Assembly: GCF_006345805.1 (NCBI RefSeq)
Contig: NC_042997.1
Location: forward strand, 138,384,001 to 138,448,000
Source: Octopus sinensis
Lineage: Eukaryota
Reading direction: 5' to 3'
Length of the DNA stretch: 64,000 bases
This document shows, one piece after another, positions 40,607-53,900 of the stretch (positions are counted from its first letter, which is position 1; each line of letters begins with the position of its first letter). Below the pieces are notes generated by a model. The model did not search any database, had not been told where the DNA came from, and saw only the letters and a list, made by a program, of their open reading frames with translations. The position numbers were made by a program, and so were the translations under genes.

Positions 40607-42881
40607 GCACACATACACACACACGGTGGCGGGGGTGCTGAAAAGTTCCTGCTTTTAAGGGTTTTGTGAAAGGCCTGGTTGGAGGCCCAACTGTCCGAGT
40701 TCTTTTACAGGGCTTAGAAAAAATAGACTGCTGCAATAAGTGTGTGAATCCAAGAGGGAAATATGTTGAAGAAAATCATAGTTAATTGATCCTACTGTAT
40801 TTTCTTTCATGGAGGCGCAATGGCCTGGTGGTTAGGGCAGCCGACTCATGGTTGTAAGATCGCAGTTTCAATTCCCAAACCGGGCATTGTGAGTGTTATT
40901 GAGTGAAAACATCTAAAGCTCCATGAGGCGTTGGCCGGAGGAGTTGGTGGTGAACCCTGCTGTATTCTTTTACGACAACTTTCTCTCACTCTTTCTTCCT
41001 GTTTCTGTTGTATCTGTATTTCAAAGGGCCAGCCTTGTCACACTCTGTGTCATGCTGAATCTCCCAAGAACTACGTTAAGGGTACACGTGTCTGTGGAGT
41101 GCTCAGCCACTTGCACGTTAATAAATGAGCTGCGATGTCACTGGTGGCAAGCTGTATCGGCCTTTGCCTTTCCCTTGGATAACATCAGTGGCGTGGAGAG
41201 GAGGAGGCTGATATGCATGAGCGACTGCTGGTCTTCCATAAACAACCTTGCCCAGACTTGTGCCTCGGAGGGTAACTTTCTAGGTGCAATCCCATGGTCA
41301 TTCATGACCGAAGGATTTCACAACACAACAACTGTATATTCTTTTACCCAAAGCCAGGAACTTTTCAGCACCCCCTCGTGTGTGTGTGTGTGTATATGCA
41401 TGTATATACATATGCATGTATACACATACGCATGTATATATGTATGTGTATGTATATATGTGTGTGCACATATATGTATGTATATATGAATATGTATGTT
41501 TATATATGTATATATATGTATGTTTATATATATATATATCTTTGTGTATACATATGTATATGTGTGTATACACACATACATGCATATACACACACACACA
41601 TAAGTACACATGTACTATTTTGTGTGTGTGTGTGTGTGTGTAAATATGTTAATCTAGAGACAGTTTTCTCTCTCAATTTTTTTTACTTCTCTTCATCTGT
41701 TTTCTCTCCTCATTCCATTCTGTAGAGGTGCATAGGCTCAAAACATCAAAGACATCTTCCATTTTTTTCCTGAGCGTTAAACTAATACACCTTGTTTGTT
41801 ATTCCCATACCTGTTTCTGTTTTTTTTAAATATAATATTGAAATATATATATGTATGTATGCTGGGTGTTCCCAAAAATGTTTGCACATATTGAATTATT
41901 ATAAAGTTAGTGTTAATTAAAATACATTTCATTTGCTAAATTTAATAGAATCTACAGAGAGAACTTGATTCTTTTCATGAATACCTGTTTTCAAATTGAA
42001 GACAATTCTGGTCCAGACACTGCTGACAATGCTATGTAATGGAATCACAAACATTTATTTTGGTATTTGTGTGCATTCTCAGTCAATGACTGCCCTTAAT
42101 TTGTTGGTCGTTACTGGTTTTGTACTATAAATATTTATTTTTTAAGTAGTATCATAAAAAATGCCCCGTGTTGTGATGTTCATTGAACAATGTGGGTATA
42201 CTAATGAATTTTTTCATCAAATCTGCCAGTTTGGGAAATTCTCATCATTTCCCAATTTAAAATGACTTGATAAGTTTTGAGGAAAATTTGGCTGCTATTT
42301 CTAGCAGGTTGAGTGACTGTACAGAGGCCTTCCCCTGTTGGTTCAGTTTAACTTGGTTGATATTTAGCCCAGATCAGTCCTGACCAAATAGACCCATGAT
42401 GATAAAAATTATTCCAGCCACGATCAAAACTTTATGTATATATGTATATCAGCTGTTATAGCATCCATTTTACCCATTTTTGTTAAGACAGTGATTTGAT
42501 GAAGATTTGGTTGTGCTTTCCAATAGGATGAGTGACCACCATGTTGAAACTCCTTTTTGAACACAGACCAGCCAATAACATTGATGTCACCTTACACAAA
42601 GGAAAATATTGTAAGGTAGTGTCTGCTAGAATACAACTCTCTCTCTTTCATTCCTTTCTTTCCATCAGAGAGTTGCTGGGTCTCTGAGGTGTTGGTGGGA
42701 TGTGGGTTACTTTTATTTTTTTACTTTAGAGAGGTGTTTGGTGCAAGGACTGGTGTGAGGTATGAGTTAGAAAGAATGTGATCAGTGTGAGAGGAAGGTC
42801 TGCCTGTGTTTCAGTTACATATATAGATACACTTACATAAGCTCCATTACAATAATGATATTGCACTTTTTATAAATATAT

Positions 42882-42926
<45 letters not shown>

Positions 42927-45900
42927 AAGTGTGTGTGCATAAAGGGATGTGTGTGTGCATAGAAGGATAGTAATTCTGAATAAGAACTGATAGAGGCAAG
43001 AGGTGGAAAGACTCTAGACTAGCTGCAGACTGTCTTTCTAGTGCTGGTTGTACAATATAATGCACAGTCCTGTATATTGATAGGAAGGGCATCCAGCCGT
43101 AGAAACCTTGTCAAAATTGGAATGTGTGAAAGATGTGGACTTTGTAAGCCACATTGCATGCTGTCTATCTAGGATTGAAGTAACTCCAAAACGGATTGAT
43201 TCAAGATTAGTGTCTGTTTAGTCTTGCTATAAACATCGTCTCTCATTTTGGCGACACAATAAAAATGGGAAAAGATAAAAGAACAAAAAAAAAAAAAAAC
43301 ATGATGCAGATGTGGCTGTGTGGTAAGAAATTTGCTTCCCAACCACATTATTCTCACTGTGTGGCGCTTTGGGCAAGTATTTTCTACTATAACCCTGGGA
43401 TGACCAAAGCCTTGTGAGTGGATTTTGTTGATAAAACCAGAAGGAACCCACTATATATATATATATATATCTACTACACTCACGGAGTGGTTGGCGTTAG
43501 GAAGGGCATCCAGCTGTAGAAACATTGCCAAATTAGACTGGAGCCTGGTGCAGCCTTCTGGCTTCCCAGAACCCCGGTCAAACCATCCAACCCATGCTAG
43601 CATGGAGAACGGACGTTAAACGACGATGATGATGATGATATATATATATATATATAAATGTATGCATGTGTATATAGTATGTATATATGCATGTGTTTGT
43701 GTTTTCTTGTGTTGACATCACATGATAGTTGCAAATGGTTATCAATGTCATAGTAGCAGTATCATTCATTTTTAATATTCTGTGAGAACTTGTCAGGTCA
43801 TAGGGGAATGTTATCTTGCTTGGAAACATATGAGGGTTGGTGAGAGGAAGAGCATCCAGCCATAGTAAATTCATCTCAAGTATACTCCAATTGACCCTTG
43901 CAAGCATGATAGAGTGAATGTTAAAATAATGTTTATGATGGTGATGATGATGGCATCCAAGTTTGTTTGTTGTGTATATGTTGCTGTGTGCATATAGTCA
44001 ATTGACTAAAGTGGTGAAACCCTATGAAACCTATGGCAGCAGAAAAAAAGCAAATGTTGATGATTACAGTAAAGTCTTCTCATAATCCATTCATTCATTC
44101 ATTTTTTTTTCCTTCCTATTTTGTAACAAAACTCTACTTTATGTGACTGTTACTTAGTTGTCTTCTTTGTATAATGAATTAATAAAATTTCACTGTTCCT
44201 ATGCCTTGATTAGCGAGCTGTTGGGACTTGTTTTGACCAATTTTTCGGTGCTGGAATTATTTTGTACTTTTTTCAATGAATGGTGCGCAAATTAATGACT
44301 GTTACTGGTGCGTTTATCTTTCTTCTCCTATATTCCTTCCTTCCTCAGGCATATTTTGTGCTGAAGGAAAAGGCTGCCACAGTTGTCAGGTACCAGTACA
44401 GATCACTGCATGTTTCTGCTATTCTTGCTTAAAATTTCCTCAATATCTAATTATCTATCATCTCTTTCTCTCAGATTGACTTTAACAACAATTTACCCAG
44501 TAGTAATTGCACAGCTCACTAATAAATCTTAGCTAACTAACTCTAGGCTCTTTTCGCTTTATTCACTGACACTGGCTGTTTTTTTTTCTCTTTAACCTTC
44601 TTCTATAACTTTTCTTCTCAGCTCAGTTTTTTCTAGTAATCTACAAAACAACACCAAGATATTATTGTAATTATTATTATTTTTTCTTCTTCTGGTCTGG
44701 CAGAATCATTATGCCAGATGAAATGCTTAGAGGTATTTCAACTGTTTTTACATTCTAAGTTCAAATTCCTTCAAGGTTCACTTTGCTTTTCATCCTTTTG
44801 GGGGTCGATAAAATAAGTACCAGTTGAGCACTGAGGTTGTAATCAACTTACCCCTCCCTGAAAGTTTCAGGCCTTGTTCTTATAATAGAAAAGATTATTA
44901 TTCTTATTATCATTATCATCGTGGCAATCTGGCAGAATCATTAGCATGCCGGGCAAAATACTTAGTGGCATTTTGTTCGACTTTATGTTCTGAGTTCAAA
45001 TTCCATCAAGGTCAATTTGCCTGTCATCCTTACAGGGTTAACATGATCAACTTACCCCTTCCCCACAAATTTCAGGCCTTGTGCCTATAGTAGAAAGAAT
45101 TATTATTATTATTATATTATTATTATTATTATTAAGGTAGCAAAGTGGTACAAGTGTTAGCATGACGAGCGAAATGCTTAGCGGCATTTCTTCCGTCTTT
45201 GCATTCTGAGCTCAAATTCCTCTGAGGTCAACTTTGCCTTCCATCTTTTTAGGGTCGATAAAATAAGTCCCAGTTGAGCACTGGGGTCGATGTAGTCAAC
45301 TTATCCCCTCCCCCAAACTTGCTGGTCTTGTGCCAAAATATGAAATCGTTATTATAATTATTTATTATTTTCTTCTCTGAGCTGCAGTATTGTTAACATG
45401 CCAGGCAAAATGATTAGCAACATTTTGTTCATGTATATATGTTCTGAGTTCAAATTCTACCAAGGTTGACTCTGCCTTTCATCCTTGTAGAGTCAATAAA
45501 ATAAGTGCCAGTTGAGCGCAGTTGGGTTGATGTAATCGACTGGCTTCCTCCCCCATAATTTCAGGCCTTGTGACTAAAGTAGAAAGAATTATGTTTTTCT
45601 CACACAAGTGGTTGTTATTTCTATTAAAAGACCCCAGATGTAGTATGTATCTCACTTGATATCTTCCTCTCTATGCCATGGGTAATATCAAAGGCATCAC
45701 ACATTTGTATATCATTCATATAATTTCTATATGGGTATTTTGTTGTTGGTTGATTTTTGTTGTTGTTGAGTTCTTTAGCCTCATCATGATCCTGATGATT
45801 GTGCAAACCTCTAATCAAAGGCAATTCATCCATAACTATCTTATCATTTTCCCAGGAACTGGCCTCCCTCGGCTACATTATCCAGTATTTCATTTGTTTT

Positions 45901-48900
45901 AAGGACTTATGCTGTGATGTTAGAAAAGATTTGGCTGCTAGCTTTAGCAGTTTGATTAATCACTTAGAGGCTTTCTTATTGGCTTGTTTTGTTGTTAGTT
46001 TTTCTTATATGACAATAGTATTTTTAATAAATAAATAAATAATATGTTTGTTGATGAGTTTACCTTATTACATGGAAGGGTGAGACTGATTAACAGTCAA
46101 TTGTATATCTGTCTTAGGTCTCATGTTATGTCAGTGGTTCCCAAATTTTTTCGGGCTACACCTCCCCCCACTTGGCACCCAGGCCAAATTCCTAGCACTC
46201 TTTTCACCACAGATATAGACCACATTCTGCAATAAATTCAAAACAACTATATTTCACAAATAAAACTTAAGCCTAATTAATCTATAAATATATTTTTTTT
46301 TACATCTACCACCCCATTTTGGCTACCCCATTATCATCTCACTTTTCTTCAATGCCACCCCATCCTGGATCTTTCCACTGCCCACTGCCCACTTTGGGAA
46401 CCAATGTGTGATGTATATAACTCATTCAAGAAAACATTCTTTAAGGTACTGAAGAAAAGAAAGAATAACCTTGTCTGCAAAACTATGGAGATTGTCATTA
46501 TTGCATGGTAAGAAGTGTGCTTTCCAACCACGTGATTCTGGGTTCAGTCCCACTGTGTGGTACCTTAGGCAAGTGTCTTCTATCATAGCCTCAGGCTGAC
46601 TCAAAGCCTTGTGAGTGGATTTGTTTGACAGAAACTGAAAGAAGCCCATTTTGTGTTTGTGTGTGTATCCACCACCACTACCTCTTGACAACTGGTGTTG
46701 GTGTGTAAGTACAAGGCTTAAAAACATAAGCACTTGGGTTGATTTGTTTGACTAAATTTTTGCAAGCCAGTACTCCAGCATGGTCTCAGTCTAATGACTG
46801 AAATGAGTAAAAATAAAAAGATATATCTTCTAATAGTAAATGACTGGTTTTCTTTCTTAAGACAAAGAAGCCCAACAAAAATAAAGGTTCTTAACAGACA
46901 TATGAGCTCTACACAGTAAACAGACCTTTTGTTTCATGTGAGTTCTATTTTTTCCAAGCTAGTATGACTTAGACAGGAGGTAATTGAGTCAGGATTTTTA
47001 TGGTTGGATGATCTTCCTGTTGCCTACCTTTACTTGTTGTTCAAGTAAGGGTCTTTTTTCCCCCCATGGAATTCAGAAGTTCAGAGTTGTATGACAATTC
47101 ATTAACGGAAAATGTTAATGACTATCACTGTTTGTAATTGTAGCTCAGCATAGTTTGTAAGCATTCTCAGTCACACAAATGCACTTGCATACACACGTTT
47201 TTATATATAAGCGTGGCTGTGTGGTAAGAAGCTTGCTTTCCAACCACATGGTTCCAAGTTCAGTCCCACTGTGTCTTCTATAGCCCTGGCTCGATCAAAG
47301 CTTTGTGAGTGGATTTGGTAGATGGAAACTGAAAGAAACCTGTTGTATATAAAGATATATATATATATGTTACTATTTCTGTCTGTGTGTCTGTGTTTGT
47401 CCCCCATTGCTGCTTGACAACCAGTGTTGGTATGTTTGCATCCCTGTAACTTAGTGGTTTGGCAAAAGAAACTGATAGAATAAGTACTGGAGTCAATTCA
47501 TTAGACTAAAAGACTTCAAGGTAGTGCCCCAGGATGGCTGTAATCTAATGACTGAAACAAATAAAAGGCTAAAGATATATATATACACACAAATAAATAT
47601 ATATATATATATATATACTAGCAGCATAGCCTGGGTATGTAAGAACCCCTAGTAGGCAACGACTAATCCCAATCTAGTCCTTTCCCTCTAGGGAACGAAG
47701 GTGCATGTGTAGGTTGCAATGTCTTCTCTTCACTCCCAAATAACTATCAAACAGCTATCGATAATTCAACCCAACCAATTCCTACCAGGAAGAAATTACA
47801 TTCGAGACTTTACCCCCAAGTTATTCGCAAGTTATTCGAATACTTTTTTTGTTTACACTTTCTTTATAACTACCACCCCAAACGTTTTACCTTAAATTTT
47901 TGACGTACCCTAAGGGTCCTCAGACGCTACTTGCAAACTCTTGGTTTATTATAAACCGTTTTTGTCATGTGCATCAAAAAACCTTTTCCATTCGTTTGTT
48001 CAGTTTGGTCACTTTTGACTTTTTCGTTGTTGTCACTCACATTGCTGCCCGCTTTTTTGCCGTTTTTGTACATTTTTATACATTTTGGGATACTTACCCC
48101 ACGTGTTCCGAGAGTTAAAAAGGTCGAGTTGCATCCCCATGATAGTCTGTAGAAAATGTGTTGCATATAAAAAGCTTAGATTCTCGACCCATGTCGAATT
48201 TATCGATTTTTTTTCAGAACTGGGGAACTTTTCAAAATTGTCGCTGCGTTAGTTTTGAATTATGACATTGGGCTATGTGTGTGTCAAGTTTCATCATAAT
48301 CGTTTGAAAGCCGTGGTCAGGGTGAGGGTACAACGTGACAGGCACACAGACAGACAAACTGCCGTTTATATATAGATATATATATATATATATATATATA
48401 TGGTGGGGAAGCAAAACTTGGAAAATAATAGATAATTCACCAAATTGTGTATATTACAAGAACTAGCAACCTGACATAAATATAATTTTAACACAAGTTT
48501 ATAGGGGTATAAAGAGACAATTTATTCAATATGTCTGTCTTCATTTGTCCACCATATCCTTCACATGCCACTTGAAGGCATCGCAATTCTTCATGATGAA
48601 GTACTCAGACATGTTGTCTCACTCTTCCCTCAGGATTTACTTAAAATGATCAAGATTTGGATGCAAAGTTCTGTTGGCAGAGTGCTCCAATTTGCCCCAT
48701 ATGGCATAGTCCAGGGAGTTCATGTCTGGGCTGGAAGAAAGCTAGAAGTTGGCAGGCCAAAAGTCAGTGAAGTTGTCTTCCTAGAATTTCTGCACTTCTC
48801 CATATGAGCAGGTGGTGAGCTGGCAGAATTTAAGGTGGTGAGCTGGCAGAATTGTTATCATGTTGGGCAAAATGCTTAGAGTTGTTTCATCTGTCTTTAC

Positions 48901-50911
48901 ATTCTGAGTTCAAATTCTGCTGTGGTTGGCTTTGTCTTTCATCCTTTTGAGGTTGATAAAATAACATCAAGTACTAGGGTCAATGTAATCAACTTACCCC
49001 TTTCCTCTGAAATTGCTGTCCTTGTTCCAAAATGTGAAACTATTATTGTTTAATTTGCAAGCTGGCAGAATCGTTAGCATATCAGACAAAATGCATCACA
49101 ACATTTCATCTGACTGTTTACCTTCTGAGTTCAAATCCTGCTATGGTCAATTTTGCCTTTCATCTTTTCTGGATTGATGAAATAAATACCAGTTGAGCAT
49201 TGGGGTTGATGTTACCAACTAGGCCCCCCTCACCTTTCCATCAAAATTTCAGGCCTTGTGCCTTTAGTAGAAAGGATTATTATTATTAAGCTGACAAGTT
49301 GGCAGAATTGTTTGCATATTAGACAAAATGTCTGACTTTCTATGTTCTGAGTTCAAACTCTGCCAAGGTTGACTTTGCTTTACATCCTTTCGAGGTTGAT
49401 AAAATATGTACTGTGGTTGATATAATCAACTTAACCCAATTTCCCTAAAATTGCTGGCCTTGTGCCAAAATTAGAAAGAACTTTTGTTATTATTATCTCA
49501 CCCTGGGTGAGATCAAATTGGGACTGTGATTGTAAAACAAACTTCTTGACCTGCGGCCTTATTTAAACTTTCAAGTGAACCAGCAAAAAGTTTATGGAAG
49601 TGGAATGGTTCATCTTTGTTCACTTAGTATTTGGGTTTATTTTTTGATTTGGTTGAATCTTGGTTGGTTTGTTTTTTTTGTTGGTCAGTTATTTTTAGTT
49701 TTTTGACAGAAAAATGTCACTCTAAAATTGTTTCTTAATGTAAGCGTTCCCAAACAAGTTGAATGCTTACACAGAGCAGGTTTTACAGCCACATCATCCA
49801 AACTGACCGGGTGAAACTGGACTTAGCTGTTAGTCACCTATAGACTTCACATTGTAACTGGCTTTATCTACGTTGGCAGAGTAGTGTGGTAGTTGTTGAA
49901 TTTTTTTCTGTTTAGCTCTAGGTCGGCCCTAGGACATTGTGGTCTACCTAACCAGTCATACCAATCTTGTTCCTATGTGCAGAGAACTTGAGACTAATGT
50001 GTCCTTTTTTTTATAGCTAAGATGGTAAGGTGTGATTTAACCCTTTAGCATTTAAACTGGCCATATCTGTCCCAAATATTCAACCTGTTTTATTTTCAAA
50101 CTGGCCAGACCCAGCCTCTCACCTTCCTGACAATGTTATTCTTAAAATAATCATGCATTATCTCATAGCTTCGAGATTTTGATAATGTAATTGCTTAATT
50201 CAAAACAATGTGAATAAATAAGCGTTTCATTGGATAGAATAATCTCAATGTTAAAGGATTAAGGGAGGTTTGGCTGCTATTTCTAGCATCAACAACCTTA
50301 TAACAATTCTCTTGTTGGCTTGAAAATATGTCCCACTGCTGTTACCAGTGCTTGGTGCCTCAATTTTGGTTATGCGTTTGTACTCCTGACTTTATTCCCT
50401 AGTCTATGTGCAGATCGGGGGACCCCCACGGTTCTGTGTGAATCACAATGTTTTGTTTGGTTCTGTAATATATTAACTTACATTCTGTGGTTTAGTTTTG
50501 TCATCAGTGCCTAATTGTGTGTTGATCAATTTGACTCTGCTGCCATTGTTGCGTGTGCACAGCAGTTGGCTTGTTCTCAGTTGCATACCCATGTGACAGT
50601 TGTTGGCAGTGATGAGAAAATAGTTCTAGTGATGGAATATCAACTTGGTTTGCATTAGTTATTAACTTTTTAGTTTTGTTATTAATAGGAAGAGAAAGGC
50701 AGTGAATTGGACAAAATGCATAGTGGCATTTCTTCTAGTTCTTTACATTCTGAGTTCATATTCTGCTGAGGTTGACTTTGCCTTTCATCCTTTCTAGGTT
50801 GATAAAATAAAGTACAAGTTGAACATTGGGGGGTCAATATAATTGAATTACTCTCTTCACTGAAAATTACAGGCTTTGTGCCAAAATTTGAAAGAATTAT
50901 TATTATTGTTG

Positions 50912-50954
<43 letters not shown>

Positions 50955-53900
50955 GGTGACAAGCTGGCAGAATTGTTAGCATGCTAAGCAAAATGCTTAG
51001 TGGCATTTCGTCGGTTTTTATGTTCTGAGTTCAAATTCCGCTGACGTCAACTTTGCGTTTCTTCCTTTTAGGGTTGATAAATTAAGTATCAGTTGAGTAC
51101 TGAGGCTAATGTAATTGGCTTAACCCCCTCCCCCAAAATGTCAAGCCTTGTGCTTATAGCAGAAAGGATTTTTATTATTATTATTTACTTTTAATCTGCA
51201 TGTTTGTTACAATCACTTGCTGAGACACACCCATCATCCTAGGGTGAGTGAAGAGTAAGAAATGTTAGAGTATGACTGAAAGCTTAGGGAGGGGAAGTGG
51301 CAGGGCTACTTATTATTATTATTATTATTATCAGCAAGATGTCAAGGAATGCAAGCAGACACTTTCCTCTTCTTCATACCTTTGTCCATTTCTTTGTGTA
51401 CCATTTGGAAAAGGAGTAGAAATGGAAGTGCTAATCTCTGGTGAATTTACTGAAAGATGGATGAAATTAGCTTGTATGGTCCATGTAAATCAGATTAATA
51501 TGAGTATGTACTTGTGGAGGTACATGGTCTAGTGGTTAGGCTGTTGCATTCACAATCGCTAGATTGTGGGTTCGATTCTCTGACTGGGCTGCGCATTGTG
51601 TTCTTGACCAAACCACTTCATTACATATTGCTCCAGTTCCCTTTTGATCAGTGGGGAATGTTGGCCTGCTCGCCTAGCCAGTATGGTGGCATCATTTGAA
51701 GGCTAAAACAATGCAAAAGGGCATTGTGACAAGTGATGTGTAACAACATCTGATAGCCTGGTCGATCACATGATACACCTGTAGGTCAGAGAACCTATTT
51801 GAAAGACAGCCCTTGTTCTTAGCAATAAAGATAACCAAGGATTTCTGGGGTTCTGATTAGCTCATGGTTTTTTTTTCATTCTGTTTCTTATATTGATTAG
51901 GTGAGGTAAAAATATTTTATAAAATATTGACATTGTTGTTAATCTCTAAATCATTGTCTTGTAAGTTTTCCAATGAAATCCTGCTCTCTAAAATTACATA
52001 TCATTTCAGTTTAGTCTCTCATATTTGAGTCATTTTATAACAATGCTAAGAGCTTATTTAGTGATGTCAACTTGATTCCTTCTGTATCTTTACATCACCA
52101 GTTACTGTTACTAATAAATAATCAACTAGTTTCTCCTGTCTTTTACTGTGTCTTGTTTGATTTGAATCATCACCAACAAGACAGTCATTTCAACAAGCCC
52201 AGCCTTAACTGTCGTGTTAATTTCAAGCTGAAAATAATTTTGTTTTATATTTTATTTCACAACTTGAATTTGTTAATTTAGACATTTAATAGTTTGATTT
52301 TTCTAACTTTTTTCTACCAATCAACTTATGTTATATTTTTTTTTATATCTTTCTTTTCTTTTTCTTTGAGGTTCCCATTGTAAGTATGAGTCTCTTCCTT
52401 GCTCCTTTTTCAGTGTGAATGATCCTTGACGTCCATCTGAAGCTTGTCACTCACTAGTTATATTTTGCTACTACTGACCTTCTATTCACTTTCTCTTCTG
52501 ATTGTCGTGGTAGGCTTGTTGTAATACTAAGTGTGCGAATAGGTTTATAAAGTTTACTACATTATTTATAAACTCCTGTTTATACTGTAGAAAAAGAAAA
52601 GAGAATAAAAATAAAAGGGTAAAATAGTCGCCATCTGTCTGTTGATTGCTGAATGTTTAGTTTTAGCTGTGATGCTAACACCAGATAGAATCTGTTAGTC
52701 ATTCCATTGGGTAGCATATATTGAAGGAAACAGGTTAATTCTCTGTTAACGTACAGTTCAATAAAATAGAACTTGTTTGTGTTTAGTAATATTTCTAAAA
52801 TACTCTAGATATGGTGATGAAGTCTGATGTCGAAGATTGCACACTATAGCATTGTTCATTCAGAAATTCAGAAAAAAAACAACAAAAAAAAAACAAAAAA
52901 CAAAAACAAAAGCAAAATGGTTTTTGCATTAAATTTGGCAGCTTACAAGTGAAGAAATTGGTGTGTTGTGTGAATTTTGATGGCTAATAGGATTGTGTAA
53001 ACCATAAATGTTATTTAATATTGTTGTTAGCAACAACAATCATTATTGAATCTGATTTATATAACCACACTAAGCAGTGAGTATTGTCACAAACTTATGG
53101 TTTGCTACTGTGGTGATTTTTGATGGTGTTTACCTAATTTATGACTATTTTCTGCTCTGGCATAATTAGGACCTCATTACGTACAAAGTGGTGAAGTGAC
53201 AGAGTTGTTAGAGCATTGGATTAAATGCCGCACAGTATTTATTCCGAATCTCTGTACTCTGAGATCAAATTGTTGGAATATTTTGTGTGTATTATAGAAG
53301 CATAATCAATTTATTGCAGATAAAGTTTTACAACAAAATCCCCAAGGGCCATATGGACTCCAGTCGAGAATCACTGTTCAGGAGTAAATAAAAAAGTTAC
53401 CAATCCTGGATAGAGGAGTGGTGAAACTCTCAGAATGTTGGACTTGGATGTCTTTTAGTGTATTTATTCTGGCTGTGTTCTGAAACAAATTTCACTTAGG
53501 TGCCTAAAATACAACTTCACCAGCCCACAGGCTTAGTATGATGAGTAAGGTGAATCCTTGAAACAAAAGGCCAACACTAAAGAGAGGAGTTCCTTTCACT
53601 GGAGAGACATGTGCCCTAGTGAAGGAATTAAGTAAAAATTTCACTTTGAAGAAATAAAGATTTTGTCTCATGATTCTTTGAAATAAACACACATTGAATG
53701 TATTCTAGGTTTATGGAAACCAGTTTTCTGGTTTTCCCTAAACCTTAGAGTTCAATATTTATCATAACCTGCAGATATTTTTTTAACATCTAACCTTGCT
53801 TCTTTTTAGTAAACTATTTGGTAATATCTTCTATTGTCTTTCTATATTACAGTTATAACATACCTTCAGTTGACTTCAGTTTTGTTTGCCAATTTTACAT

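Noticed and set aside
39739-40620. 293-aa ORF and the other Y/I/H/T/C/V/M-rich ORFs (25071-25517, 41294-41725, 57518-57890 and similar)
   Set aside because: Translations of (TA)n, (TG)n and (TATG)n microsatellites, which lack stops in some frames; not genes.
40808-40885. tRNA-like sequences with A and B boxes (also at 1-58, 10994, 38963, 51516)
   Set aside because: They continue into SINE bodies with TSDs and lack an intact acceptor stem; they are SINE heads, not tRNA genes.
44350-44390. 41-nt segment between cctcag and gtacca
   Set aside because: Not frame-compatible with the phase-1 flanking exons, and the donor is weak.
52411-52420. Strong acceptor ctcctttttcag|TGTGA that would give GYM*
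   Set aside because: Only 34 nt from the microexon donor, with no supporting polyA or terminal-exon evidence.
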